A stretch of 64,000 nt of DNA from Candidatus Hecatella orcuttiae (GTDB lineage: Archaea > Thermoproteota > Bathyarchaeia > Hecatellales > Hecatellaceae). Shown in pieces: positions 9,240 to 18,980 of this stretch (its first letter is position 1; every line of letters starts with the position of its first letter). The notes under the pieces were generated by a model that worked only from the letters and a program-made list of their open reading frames with translations, ran no database searches and was not told the origin of the DNA. Made by a program: the position numbers and the translations under genes. Where the stretch lies: NCBI GenBank assembly GCA_002011035.2, contig MTLY02000003.1, positions 96,001 through 160,000 on the forward strand, read 5' to 3'.

Positions 9240-9710
9240 TTGTCCGAGAAAAGTATGTTGGAGAAGCTCCAGGGCTATTATTCCGTTGAACTGTATTCAG
9301 AAATCGAGTACAAGAGGTTCGCCGATAAGACCGATAACGTCTACGCCAAAAGCTTGTACACGAAACTGGCTGAAGATGAAAGGCGGCATCAAGGAATACT
9401 GAAGGACATCGCTGCATTCTACCATCCGGATTGGAGAGACATCCTAGTAGAGGTGAAGCCTTCGACTCCCATCCAACCCGAGAAACTAACCATCACCTCC
9501 GAAGTTCAAGAAGCCTACCACGCTATGAAATTCCACCTGAAACTGGAGTTCCTAGCCGTGACGGAATACAGGAAGACAGCCCAAGAAACCCGGGAGCCCA
9601 AGCTCAGAGACCTATGGTTGAATCTAGCATCCGACGAGGAAAGACATCACCGCGAGATAAACTCCCTACTCCAAGCCTTCGAAAAAGCCTACAAAGAGAT
9701 TATAAAATAG
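9240..9710 (+). CDS. Ferritin-like/rubrerythrin family protein
   Basis: Two E-x2-H di-iron motifs (LAEDERRH, LASDEERH). Confidence 0.85.
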   Translation: MSEKSMLEKLQGYYSVELYSEIEYKRFADKTDNVYAKSLYTKLAEDERRHQGILKDIAAFYHPDWRDILVEVKPSTPIQPEKLTITSEVQEAYHAMKFHLKLEFLAVTEYRKTAQETREPKLRDLWLNLASDEERHHREINSLLQAFEKAYKEIIK

Positions 9711-9722
9711 ACCGCCCGGCTT

Positions 9723-10775
9723 CTACTCAACTTTGACGTGGAAAAAGCTTCTTGTGCTTTTACAGAGCCAGACTAGGAAGAGCATGAAGGGAACTTCGGT
9801 TAAGACTCCCACAACGGTAGCCAAAGCCGCCCCTGAGGCTAGGCCGAATAGAACCGTAGCCACAGCGATGGCCACCTCGAAATGGTTGCTTCCCGCGATG
9901 ATGGCAGTGGGCGCAGCGTCCTCATAGGAGAGATGGATGACCTTGGAAAGCAGATAGGCTATTCCGAAGACAAGGAGGATGTTGGCGAAGATACCCGTTG
10001 CGATCATTCCGATCACCAAGGGCTGCTCCACCACCACGTAGCCCTGCAGGGAAAACAGCACCACCAAGGTGATGAGCAAGGCGACGACGGAGGCCCTGCC
10101 CAGCCGGGGGGCAAGTCTCAAGTTAAACCACTCGAGGCCCCTCCTCTTGATGGTTTGGCTTCGCGTAATATAGCCTGCGATGAGAGGGACGACGATGTAG
10201 ACCGTCACGGCGAAGGCTATGGTCTCCCAAGGAACCACGATGCCGGAAATCCCTAGGAGATAAACAGCCAAAGGAGCGTAGAGGACCACCATGGTCAGGG
10301 AATTTATAGCCGTCATGACAAGGGTGTGCCCCATGTTCCCGCGGGCTAGGTAGCTCCAAACGAGGACCATGGCAGTGCAGGGGGCGACGCCTAGGAGGAT
10401 CAGTCCCGCCCTGTACTGGGCGGAAAGCTCCGAAGACAGGAAAGGGGCGAAGACCACACCTAAAAATAGCCAAGCGAAGAAGGCCATGGTGAAAGGCTTC
10501 ACCGCCCAGTTGGCGAAGAGGGTGGCGGCGATGGGCTTAGGGGTCTTCCCCGCCTTCACAACCTCTTTAAAATCAATCTGCACCATGATGGGGTAGATCA
10601 TGGCGAAAAGGCAGACAGCGATGGGAATGGACACGTAAGCCACGGTCAACTTGCTGAGAACGTCGGATATCTGCGGGAAAAGCCTCCCCAAGCCAATGCC
10701 GGCGATTATGCAGAGAACCACCCAGACGCTCAGGTATTTCTCCCAAACCCCCAGCCTTCTTTCCTTCGTAGCCAT
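9723..10775 (-). CDS. acr3: Acr3 arsenite efflux transporter
   Basis: WEKYLSVWV, MIYPIM, APCTAMVLVW, SNHFEVAIAVA, GVLTEVP. Confidence 0.95.
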   Translation of the reverse strand: MATKERRLGVWEKYLSVWVVLCIIAGIGLGRLFPQISDVLSKLTVAYVSIPIAVCLFAMIYPIMVQIDFKEVVKAGKTPKPIAATLFANWAVKPFTMAFFAWLFLGVVFAPFLSSELSAQYRAGLILLGVAPCTAMVLVWSYLARGNMGHTLVMTAINSLTMVVLYAPLAVYLLGISGIVVPWETIAFAVTVYIVVPLIAGYITRSQTIKRRGLEWFNLRLAPRLGRASVVALLITLVVLFSLQGYVVVEQPLVIGMIATGIFANILLVFGIAYLLSKVIHLSYEDAAPTAIIAGSNHFEVAIAVATVLFGLASGAALATVVGVLTEVPFMLFLVWLCKSTRSFFHVKVE

Positions 10776-10918
10776 CCCACCGGCACGCTCAGGAGCGATA
10801 TTTCTTTCGTCTTTCTTATTATTGACTTTCTATTTGAATTCAATCAACTATGCTGACGCATCTATATGAGTTTGGTTCTGATAAGAAAATATAGGGTAAA
10901 AAAAGGCCTTTTTACGCG

Positions 10919-11857
10919 CTAAGATTTTTTGAGCAGCTTTACCAAAAAAGGCGCAGTGATAAGCATAATCATCCCATAGACAGCGGAAGGTAAAGCCACC
11001 TCAGGGCTGAAGAATTGGAGGGCGACGGCGGTTCCGACGCCGAATTCCTTCATGCCGACGGTAAACATGTAGGTCTTAGAGCCTCCCTCAAACTTCATCA
11101 ATTTTCCAGCTAGGGAGCCGATTAGGTAGCCGCTGAGGTTTAGGATCAGCAGCAACACAGCTAACCAGATGACGCCTATGCTTAGGATGGCCTCAGCATT
11201 GCTGGATGCCACGGTGAATATCAGCAGGACCACCATAACTGACGACAGAGAGGAAAACCGCTCCCTGTATTCTGCCAGTTTTTGAAATCTTGTCCGCAGC
11301 AAGGAGCCTAAAATGACAGGTAAGGCTACAATGAGCAACAGTTCCATCAGCATTTCACCCGCGTCTACAGCCACCGACCTCCCAGCAAACAGCGAAAGCA
11401 ACAGGGGCATGATGAAGGGTGCCACTAGGATGGAGCTTCCCATGATAGCTGTGGCGAGGGCGAGGTTTCCGCCTGCAAGGTAGACCATCAAGGCGGAGGT
11501 TATCTCAGAGGGAGCAACGCCGATTATCAAGATGCCTAGGGCGGTGTGGGGGTTTTCTGCCCAGAATGTGAGGGACAGAGCTACAACCGGAATCACGGAG
11601 TATTGAACCCCCAGCGCGGCCAGTATTTTTTGAGGGGTTCTCGCCACTCTTCCGAAGTCTTGGAAGGTAAGTGTTAACCCCAAACCTAGAATCATCACGA
11701 ACAAGATGGGGTCTACGTAGTGGGAGAGAAAGGAAAATTTGGGAAACAGCACGCCGGTGATCGCGAAAACGATCACCAGAAACAGAAGGTTGTCGTTAAT
11801 CCATCTGGATAATCCCATGGATAAGGCCCTTAGGGAAAAAGATGGAGGCTCAAACAA
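10919..11857 (-). CDS. Bile acid:sodium symporter (BASS/SBF) family transporter; start may be ATG 11818
   Basis: LGLGLTLTFQDF, GVQYSVIP, AGGNLALA, about 9-10 TM helices. Confidence 0.85.
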   Translation of the reverse strand: MFEPPSFSLRALSMGLSRWINDNLLFLVIVFAITGVLFPKFSFLSHYVDPILFVMILGLGLTLTFQDFGRVARTPQKILAALGVQYSVIPVVALSLTFWAENPHTALGILIIGVAPSEITSALMVYLAGGNLALATAIMGSSILVAPFIMPLLLSLFAGRSVAVDAGEMLMELLLIVALPVILGSLLRTRFQKLAEYRERFSSLSSVMVVLLIFTVASSNAEAILSIGVIWLAVLLLILNLSGYLIGSLAGKLMKFEGGSKTYMFTVGMKEFGVGTAVALQFFSPEVALPSAVYGMIMLITAPFLVKLLKKS

Positions 11858-11928
11858 TTAAGCCGTTCGCAGGCGGCTGCCTATCACTTAGATAAACAAC
11901 CAAAACCCATATAATACCAAGCCCTTAC

Positions 11929-12729
11929 ATGTCTTTAGCCATGACCCTCCGCTCCAGACAGCTTAAAACCCCCAACCTCAGACAGGTTTCTCTCGTCTGC
12001 GGCTTCCCGGACATGGGGTTTGTGGGAAAGCAGTCCGTGGACTATCTCATCCAAGAGCTTAAAGCAGAGCTTTTCCGGGAGCTCTACTCCTCCCACTTCC
12101 CTCCCCACGTCCTCATCCGGAAAGACGGCACGGTGGAGCTGATGAAAAACGAATTCTACTACTGGAAGAACCCGGAAGGGGCGTGGGACCTCGTGTTTTT
12201 CACAGGGAACACTCAAGCAGCCTCCCCCGAGGGACAGTTCGAGGTGGTGGAGGAAGTGCTAAACCTAGCTCAAAAATACGGTGTTCAAAGAATCTTCACT
12301 CTCTCCGCCCACGTGGTAGAGTCCCGAAGCCCTGATAAGCCCCCCAAAGTCTATGGGGCTGTCACCCATGTTGAACTGGTGAAACTTCTGGAGAAACATG
12401 GAATCGCCCTCCTAGAACGGGGACTCATCGAAGGTGTTCAAGGACTTCTCCTAGGGGAGGCTAGGCTCCGAGGGATGGAGGGCCTCTGCCTCTTAGGGGA
12501 AACTCCCGCCTTTACCACTCCTTCAGGCCGGCCTATTGTGGACGCTAAATCCGCGAGGGCTGTGTTGGAGGTGTTAACCAAACTCCTAGGCATACAGGTC
12601 AGCATGGCCGAACTGGAGAAGCAGGCTAAGCTGACGGAGGAGTTCATCCTGAAACTGGAGAAACTCGAGCAAAGCGTGTTGGAGAAGATGGTGAAAGCCC
12701 GACCTCCCGGGCAGTCCTACTACGTGTGA
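11929..12729 (+). CDS. PAC2-family proteasome assembly chaperone with HbYX tail
   Basis: GFPDMGFVG, GLLLG...CLLGET, D-x2-SA; ends in SYYV. Confidence 0.9.
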   Translation: MSLAMTLRSRQLKTPNLRQVSLVCGFPDMGFVGKQSVDYLIQELKAELFRELYSSHFPPHVLIRKDGTVELMKNEFYYWKNPEGAWDLVFFTGNTQAASPEGQFEVVEEVLNLAQKYGVQRIFTLSAHVVESRSPDKPPKVYGAVTHVELVKLLEKHGIALLERGLIEGVQGLLLGEARLRGMEGLCLLGETPAFTTPSGRPIVDAKSARAVLEVLTKLLGIQVSMAELEKQAKLTEEFILKLEKLEQSVLEKMVKARPPGQSYYV

Positions 12730-12744
12730 GGAGAGGAAAACCGG

Positions 12745-13473
12745 TTGACGGTCTCACCCTCCTGCAAGGTCAGATTCCTGTTCAAGCCCAAAGTATCCGC
12801 CCCCACAGCTGTAGTGGGCTCTCCGGGGCTCAGGTCCATCGGCAAGCTGGCCTTAAACCTTCTCAGGGAGCAGCTTCAACCTAAGCTTTGGGCTGAGCTT
12901 TACTCCCCCAGCTTCCCGGCTGTGCATCAGACTCGCCCATCCTACGCCTCCCAGCCAAGCCTCCCCGGCTGGGCCGGCGGGTTGTTGGAAGGGAAAGCCC
13001 TAAGCCTACCTAGGGTTAAATTTTTCCTAACCTCCGCTCCGACCCCGTTGGTGGTGGTTGAAGGCTACCACGCCAACTTCCAGGGCCAATACGAGGTGGC
13101 GGAGAGGGTTGTAGAACTCCTAGGGGAGCTGGGTGTCAAAAGAATGTACGTGCTGGCCGGTTACGGGTTGGAGGGGGCGGAGGTAGCCTGCGCCGCCACC
13201 AGCCTAAACCTCTTGGAGGAGGCTAAGAAGTTCGGGCTTGAACCCGGCTACGAAGGCCCTTTCATGGGCTTCTCCGGCCTCGTCTTCGGCTTAGGAATGT
13301 TAAAGGGCATCGAAGGCCTCTGCCTGTTTGGGAAAACCCAGCCTGACCCCGCGGAGCCGGAAAACCCCGACCCGCAGGCGGCCGCTGCGGTGGTGAGAAA
13401 GCTGGACGCCATCCTAAACCTCCGCCTAGACTCTTCCCGCCTCATGGGTGAGGGAAAAGAAGGTCGAAATTGA
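12745..13473 (+). CDS. Second PAC2-family protein, without HbYX tail
   Basis: GSPGLRSIG, GFSGLVFG...CLFGKT, PDPQAA. Confidence 0.85.
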   Translation: MTVSPSCKVRFLFKPKVSAPTAVVGSPGLRSIGKLALNLLREQLQPKLWAELYSPSFPAVHQTRPSYASQPSLPGWAGGLLEGKALSLPRVKFFLTSAPTPLVVVEGYHANFQGQYEVAERVVELLGELGVKRMYVLAGYGLEGAEVACAATSLNLLEEAKKFGLEPGYEGPFMGFSGLVFGLGMLKGIEGLCLFGKTQPDPAEPENPDPQAAAAVVRKLDAILNLRLDSSRLMGEGKEGRN

Positions 13474-15124
13474 GTTGGGCAGCTGCCAGGAAAACAAAGC
13501 CTCAGCTTTCTCTTTCCAAAATTTCGAGGAAACCCCCCGCCTCCAAGAAGCCTGCAGGGAAATAGCCAAAAGGCTTCTCGCAGCGCCTTCGCCAAACCGC
13601 CGGGAGCTCAGCCGAATTAAGGCGGAGGTCTCAAAACTTTACGGCCTCCCCCAGCTGCCTGCCAACGCTCAGATCCTCCAAGCGGCGGAAAACTTAAGCC
13701 CAGCCGGCTTTCTCCAAGTTTTACGGAGGAAAGCCGTTCGGAGGACCAGCGGCGTCACGGTCATAGCCGTCATGACCGCGCCTCATCCCTGCCCCCACGG
13801 CCGCTGTCTCTACTGCCCCGGCGGGCCTGAGCAGGGGGTTCCCCAAAGCTACACCGGCCACGAGCCGGCTTCCCTGCGGGGGCTTCAGAACGACTTCGAC
13901 CCCGGGAGGCAGGTGTGGAGCCGCATCCGCCAGTTGAGGGCCATAGGGCATGCGGTGGACAAGGCGGAGCTCATCGTTATGGGAGGCACCTTCCTTTCCA
14001 CGCCTCCCAGCTACCAGGAAGACTTCATCCGAGGCTGCTTGGACGCCTTGAACGGTTCACCTTCCCGCAGCCTTTCCGAAGCTAAGTTGAAGGCGGAGAG
14101 GGGTGAAATCAGAAACGTGGGTATCACCGTGGAAACCCGGCCTGACTGGTCTCGGGAGTCCCACATCGACCGGATGCTGGAGCTGGGGGTAACCCGGGTT
14201 GAGCTGGGGGTGCAGACTCTCTACGACGATGTTTACCGTTTGGTAGGCCGGGGGCACGCTGTGGGGGATGTGGCGGAGGCGGCGAGGATGTTGAAGGACG
14301 CAGGTCTGAAGGTCTGCTTCCACATGATGCCCAACCTCCCCGGCTCCGACTGGGAGAAGGACCTGAAAATGTTTCAAACCCTGTTCGAGGACGAGGCCTT
14401 CAAGCCTGACATGCTGAAGATCTACCCGACAGTCGTCTTGGAGGGCACAGGCCTCCATGAAATGTGGAGGAAAGGAGCCTACCTGCCTTACCCCCAAGAA
14501 GACCTGGTGGAGCTTCTCGCCCGAGTTAAAGCCCAGCTGCCCGGCTGGGTGCGGATTCAGAGAATCCAGCGGGACATCCCCCTCCCAAAAACATGCGCAG
14601 GGGTGAAGACAGGCAGCCTCAGGGAAGTAGTCCGGAAAGCCATGGCGGCTCGGGGGTGGCGGTGCCGGTGTATTCGATGCCGGGAGGTGGGGCATTCCCA
14701 GTTGAAGCGCGGCCTCAGACCTAAACCTGAAAACATCAGGCTTAAGGTGGAAAAGTATCCGGCCTCCGAGGGTGAAGAGGTTTTTCTCTCCTACGAGGAT
14801 GTGGAGCAGGATATTCTGGTAGGTTTCCTCCGGCTGCGGAAACCTTCCCCCAAAGCTCACCGCTGCGAGGTGGGAGGAGGCTCTCTCATCGTCCGAGAGC
14901 TCCACGTCTACGGTCCCATGTTGCCTTTGGGGGTGAGGGAGGAGGAGGGATGGCAGCACCGGGGCTACGGGAGGTCCCTGCTGAAGGCGGCGGAGAAAAT
15001 CGCTGTGGAAGACTACGGGGCGGAGAAAATCCTGGTAACCGCAGCTCTAGGGGTTAAAGAGTATTATTACCGGCTGGGCTACAGGAAGGAGGGCCCCTAC
15101 GTGGCCAAGGAGCTCAGGGGGTAA
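13448..15124 (+). CDS. elp3: Elp3 tRNA uridine(34) acetyltransferase (radical SAM plus GNAT)
   Basis: CPHGRCLYCPGG, ETRPD, KIYP, RIQRDIP, RELHVYG, QHRGYG. Confidence 0.97.
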   Translation: MREKKVEIELGSCQENKASAFSFQNFEETPRLQEACREIAKRLLAAPSPNRRELSRIKAEVSKLYGLPQLPANAQILQAAENLSPAGFLQVLRRKAVRRTSGVTVIAVMTAPHPCPHGRCLYCPGGPEQGVPQSYTGHEPASLRGLQNDFDPGRQVWSRIRQLRAIGHAVDKAELIVMGGTFLSTPPSYQEDFIRGCLDALNGSPSRSLSEAKLKAERGEIRNVGITVETRPDWSRESHIDRMLELGVTRVELGVQTLYDDVYRLVGRGHAVGDVAEAARMLKDAGLKVCFHMMPNLPGSDWEKDLKMFQTLFEDEAFKPDMLKIYPTVVLEGTGLHEMWRKGAYLPYPQEDLVELLARVKAQLPGWVRIQRIQRDIPLPKTCAGVKTGSLREVVRKAMAARGWRCRCIRCREVGHSQLKRGLRPKPENIRLKVEKYPASEGEEVFLSYEDVEQDILVGFLRLRKPSPKAHRCEVGGGSLIVRELHVYGPMLPLGVREEEGWQHRGYGRSLLKAAEKIAVEDYGAEKILVTAALGVKEYYYRLGYRKEGPYVAKELRG

Positions 15125-15129
15125 AGACT

Positions 15130-16455
15130 GTGGAAAAGGAGGAAATCTCAGGCTACAGGCATCAGGCCTTGGATGCCTTGAGGAAAGCCGGTGCGAGGGT
15201 GGGAGACAAGGTGAAGGTGGAAAGGGAAGGTGAAGCAGTGGAGGGAATCCTCATGCCCCGAACTCAGCTGGGCGACCCTAACTATTTGGTCTTGAAGCTG
15301 GCCAGCGGCTACAACATAGGCGTGAAAGTCAACGGGCGGGCGAAAGTGGAAGTAGTAGAGTCCAAGGCTAGGCCCCCGGGCGCTCCGCCCTTCGCGCCCC
15401 CGGAAGAGAAGCCGGACCTACCCTTGGTGGAGGTCATAGGCACAGGGGGAACCATCGTCAGCCGGGTGGAATACCGCACAGGAGCCGTCTACCCGGCTCT
15501 CTCCACCGAAGACCTCTACCGGGCGGTGCCGGAGATTTCCAGCATCGCCAGGGTGAGGGCCCGAGTGCTCTTCAGCCTCCTCAGTGAAAACGTCTACCCT
15601 CCCCACTGGGAGAAGATGGCGGAGGCTGTGGCTGAAGCCTTGGAGGAAGGCGCGGCCGGAGTGATAGTGGCCCACGGCACCGACACCATGGGCTACACGG
15701 CAGCCGCCCTCAGCTTCGCCCTCCAAGACCTACCCGCCCCCGTCATACTGGTAGGCTCCCAGCGGTCCTCCGACAGACCCAGCTCCGACGCCGCCTTGAA
15801 TCTTATGGCGGCCGTGAGGGCTGCGGCCTACGGTCCCTTCGCCGAAGTCGGCGTGGCCATGCATGAGTGGGTCTCCGACGAGGCGGTGGTCATCCACCGG
15901 GGAACCAAGGTGAGGAAATGCCACACCAGCCGCCGGGACGCCTTCAAGACGGTGAACGCTTCCCCCCTAGCCCGAGTGTCCGACGGAAAGCTGACCATGC
16001 TGGCGTCGGAGGGCTTCAGGCCTCGGAACCCTACGGGAAAGGTGAGGGTGAAGCCTCGCTTCGACCCTAAGGTGGCTTTGGTTAAGTTTCACCCCGGCTT
16101 CAACCCTGAAGTCATCGACTGGTATGTGGACCGGAAATATCGGGGAATAATCCTGGAAGGCACAGGCCTAGGCCATGTAGCCCGGCTTTGTTATTCCCAC
16201 CTCCGAAGGGCCTTGGATGAGGGTCTCTTCGTGGGTATGACCTCCCAATGTCTCTGGGGAGAGGTCCGCATGACGGTCTACGAGGTGGGCAGGGAGCTCT
16301 CAGCCTTGGGAGTGGTTCCCCTAGGGGATATGCTCCCTGAAACCGCCCTAGTTAAGGCCATGTGGGCCTTTGGGCAGGTTTCCGAAAAGGAGGAAGTGCA
16401 ACGATTGATGCTCACCAACTTGGCGGGAGAGCTTTCCTCCCGGATTCTCCTCTGA
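15130..16455 (+). CDS. gatD: Glu-tRNA(Gln) amidotransferase subunit D
   Basis: KLASGYNIG, TGGTI, HGTDT, SQRSSDRPSSD, KCHTSRRDAF. Confidence 0.97.
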   Translation: MEKEEISGYRHQALDALRKAGARVGDKVKVEREGEAVEGILMPRTQLGDPNYLVLKLASGYNIGVKVNGRAKVEVVESKARPPGAPPFAPPEEKPDLPLVEVIGTGGTIVSRVEYRTGAVYPALSTEDLYRAVPEISSIARVRARVLFSLLSENVYPPHWEKMAEAVAEALEEGAAGVIVAHGTDTMGYTAAALSFALQDLPAPVILVGSQRSSDRPSSDAALNLMAAVRAAAYGPFAEVGVAMHEWVSDEAVVIHRGTKVRKCHTSRRDAFKTVNASPLARVSDGKLTMLASEGFRPRNPTGKVRVKPRFDPKVALVKFHPGFNPEVIDWYVDRKYRGIILEGTGLGHVARLCYSHLRRALDEGLFVGMTSQCLWGEVRMTVYEVGRELSALGVVPLGDMLPETALVKAMWAFGQVSEKEEVQRLMLTNLAGELSSRILL

Positions 16456-16477
16456 CAAAGTGGGAAGGTGTAGGAGG

Positions 16478-18391
16478 TTGGATGTCGACTACAGGGAGCT
16501 GGGAACCAAGGTAGGGATAGAAATCCACAGGCAGCTGGACACCCAATATAAGCTGTTCTGCAACTGCCCCACCCACCTCACCCGGGAGGAGGCGGAGACC
16601 ATCTTCCTCCGCCGGCTGAGGCCCACGGCCAGTGAGCTCTGGGAAGTAGACACAGCGGCCCTCTTCGAGTTTCAGAAAGGCCTCACCATCCTCTACGAAG
16701 CCGACCCCAAAACCTGCTGCTTGGTGGAAATGGATGAGGAGCCCCCCCACGACCTAAACCCTGAGGCTGTGGACATCGCCCTCCAAGCAGCCTTTCTCCT
16801 GAAGGCTAAGCCTGTGGAGGAGATCCATGTCATGAGGAAGATCGTCATCGACGGCTCCAACACCTGCGGCTTCCAGAGAACCTGCGTTGTGGCCTTAGGC
16901 GGGGAGGTGGAAGTGGAGGGCCGGAGGATACCCCTCCAAGCCATCAGCCTCGAAGAGGACGCTGCCAGAAAGATGGAGGCCCGGGGGGACAGGGTTGTCT
17001 ACCGCCTGGACAGGTTGGGCATTCCCCTCATCGAGGTCGCTACCGCTCCGGCCATGACTACTCCCCGGGAGGCGGAAAGCGCAGCTTTAGCCATAGGAAG
17101 AGCCTTACGGGGCACGGGGAAGGTTAAGAGAGGCCTAGGCTCCATCCGGCAGGACCTCAACATTTCCATCCGCCGAGGCGCCCTCATAGAAGTAAAAGGG
17201 GTCCAGGAGCTGGGCCTCATCTCCAAGGTGGTGGAAAATGAAGTCCGCCGGCAGCTGGGCCTCCTCAAGATAAAGGAAGAGCTGGAAAGCCGAGGTCTGA
17301 AGGCGGAGGAGCTGGTCTTCGCTCCAGTGGACGTGACCTCCCTCTTTCAGGCTTCCAAGAGCACCGTCATCCGGAGGGCTTTGGCCTCAGGCGGTCGGGT
17401 TTTAGCCTTGGCTCTCCCTAAGTTGGCCGGCCTCTTAGGCTGGGAGCTGGGGCCCAACCTCAGGTTTGGAACGGAGCTGGCGGATAGGGCTAAGTTCTTC
17501 GGAGGCGTGGGGGGGCTTTTCCACACCGACGAGCTTCCCGGCTACGGCATCACCCCCCAAGAGGTGGAGGCGTTGAAGGCTCAGCTGGGCCTCAGCCCCC
17601 TGGACGCGGCTGTGCTGGTGGCTGACCGGGCGGAGAGGGCGGAAAAGGCCTTGGAGGCGGTGGTGGAACGGGTGAAAGAGGCCCTCCAAGGGGTTCCTGA
17701 GGAAACTAGGACAGCTCGCCCCGATGGCTCCACCCGCTACATGAGACCTCGGCCCGGCTCGGCTAGGCTTTACCCGGAAACAGACATACCTCCCATCCTC
17801 ATCACCCCGGAAAGGTTGGAGAGGCTGAAGGCGGTGCTTCCTCCTTCTCCAGAGCAGCTGGCAGCCCGGCTTATGGAGCGGTTTAGCATCAACAGGAAGC
17901 TGGCTGAACAGCTGGTGGACTCGGACTATCTCTCTCTCTTCGAAAAAGTGGCGGCAGAAGGCCGGATTTCTCCCTCCTTTGTGGCCACCGCTCTCACCGA
18001 GACCATGAAAAGCTTGGAAAGAAAGGCGGTGCCCGTGGACAGCCTAAGCGACGAGCAGCTCTATGGAGCCTTCACCCTCATCGGGGAGGGGAAAGCCGCC
18101 AAGGAAATCTTCCTCGAGCTGGTGGAGGAAATGGCCGCCGCTGGTGTCTCCCCCGAGCAGGCGTTGGAGCGGCTGGGCGTCCGAATGCTGAGCATGGAGG
18201 AGCTGGCGGCTGTGGTTGATAAACAGGTTAAAGAGCACCCTGAGCTGCTGGCGGAAAAGCCTGAAAAAGCTCTAGGCCGGCTGATGAAGATGGTCATGAG
18301 CCAAGTCCGCGGCAAAGCTGACCCCAAAACAGTGGCAGGCCTGCTGAGGGAGAAACTGGAAGACCGTCACTCCTCCAGCAGGAACACCTGA
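16478..18391 (+). CDS. gatE: Glu-tRNA(Gln) amidotransferase subunit E
   Basis: GIEIHRQL, MDEEPPH, DGSNTCGFQRT, GSIRQDLN, RPRPGSARLYPETD; TTG start after GGAGG. Confidence 0.97.
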   Translation: MDVDYRELGTKVGIEIHRQLDTQYKLFCNCPTHLTREEAETIFLRRLRPTASELWEVDTAALFEFQKGLTILYEADPKTCCLVEMDEEPPHDLNPEAVDIALQAAFLLKAKPVEEIHVMRKIVIDGSNTCGFQRTCVVALGGEVEVEGRRIPLQAISLEEDAARKMEARGDRVVYRLDRLGIPLIEVATAPAMTTPREAESAALAIGRALRGTGKVKRGLGSIRQDLNISIRRGALIEVKGVQELGLISKVVENEVRRQLGLLKIKEELESRGLKAEELVFAPVDVTSLFQASKSTVIRRALASGGRVLALALPKLAGLLGWELGPNLRFGTELADRAKFFGGVGGLFHTDELPGYGITPQEVEALKAQLGLSPLDAAVLVADRAERAEKALEAVVERVKEALQGVPEETRTARPDGSTRYMRPRPGSARLYPETDIPPILITPERLERLKAVLPPSPEQLAARLMERFSINRKLAEQLVDSDYLSLFEKVAAEGRISPSFVATALTETMKSLERKAVPVDSLSDEQLYGAFTLIGEGKAAKEIFLELVEEMAAAGVSPEQALERLGVRMLSMEELAAVVDKQVKEHPELLAEKPEKALGRLMKMVMSQVRGKADPKTVAGLLREKLEDRHSSSRNT

Positions 18392-18873
18392 ACCGTCAGC
18401 GGGCTGCCGTGGGTGAAGCGGCCGTTAACCCGGACGGCTCCCCGCCCCTCCCTCCCCTGGTAGGCTCCGAAAACTTGAGCCTCCCTAAGAAGGCGGCGGG
18501 GAGGGTGGGAAACCTTCTCCCCCGAACATTTAACCTCCACCAGAAACCTTCTGCCTCGGTAGACGATGAACATGTCCGGGGTTGTCCCGTTGACCGTGTC
18601 CGCCTTCCCAGCGTAGCCGTCGATGTCCACCCCCAGGCGAGCTGCCACATCTTCCAAGGCGTTGACGGTGAGCTCCACGGACTGCACCGCCATCCCCCGT
18701 CTGGCTTCCCCCCTTCCTCGGCCGGAGGACTTCGCCTCCAAGGCATAGCTTCGAAAACTCTCCAGAAGAGGGGTGGAGAAGTAGACTTCCCAGCGCTGCC
18801 GCTTCTTTTCCTTGAAAGGGATGTCTGCGAGGAGGGTGAGTTCGAGGAAGCCTGGTGTGAGACTTTGGTTCAT
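18367..18873 (-). CDS. Hypothetical protein with a PD-(D/E)XK nuclease-like motif
   Basis: TPDMFIVYRGRRFLVEVK (PD...ExK); convergent overlap with the gatE 3' end. Confidence 0.55.
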   Translation of the reverse strand: MNQSLTPGFLELTLLADIPFKEKKRQRWEVYFSTPLLESFRSYALEAKSSGRGRGEARRGMAVQSVELTVNALEDVAARLGVDIDGYAGKADTVNGTTPDMFIVYRGRRFLVEVKCSGEKVSHPPRRLLREAQVFGAYQGREGRGAVRVNGRFTHGSPLTVQVFLLEE

Positions 18874-18918
18874 GGGCCTTGGGTTTATTTAGGTGTTCGG
18901 GCTTTAAATATTTTACGT

Positions 18919-18934
18919 ATTTTTACGTAAAAAT
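18919..18934. promoter_or_regulatory. Perfect 16-bp palindrome (putative operator) in a divergent promoter region
   Basis: ATTTTTACGTAAAAAT is its own reverse complement; TTTTACGTA repeats at 18911 and 18921; TATA-like TTTAAATA and TTATAA nearby. Confidence 0.5.
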
Positions 18935-18980
18935 CCGAAAAACTTATAAGAGCCACCCGCCATAAAAATATGCGAGAAAG

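Noticed and set aside
14057-14959. 300-aa antisense ORF, and similar long shadow ORFs (3650-4360, 19634-20353, 21952-22524)
   Set aside because: They overlap well-supported genes, have no motifs, and are expected in GC-rich coding DNA.
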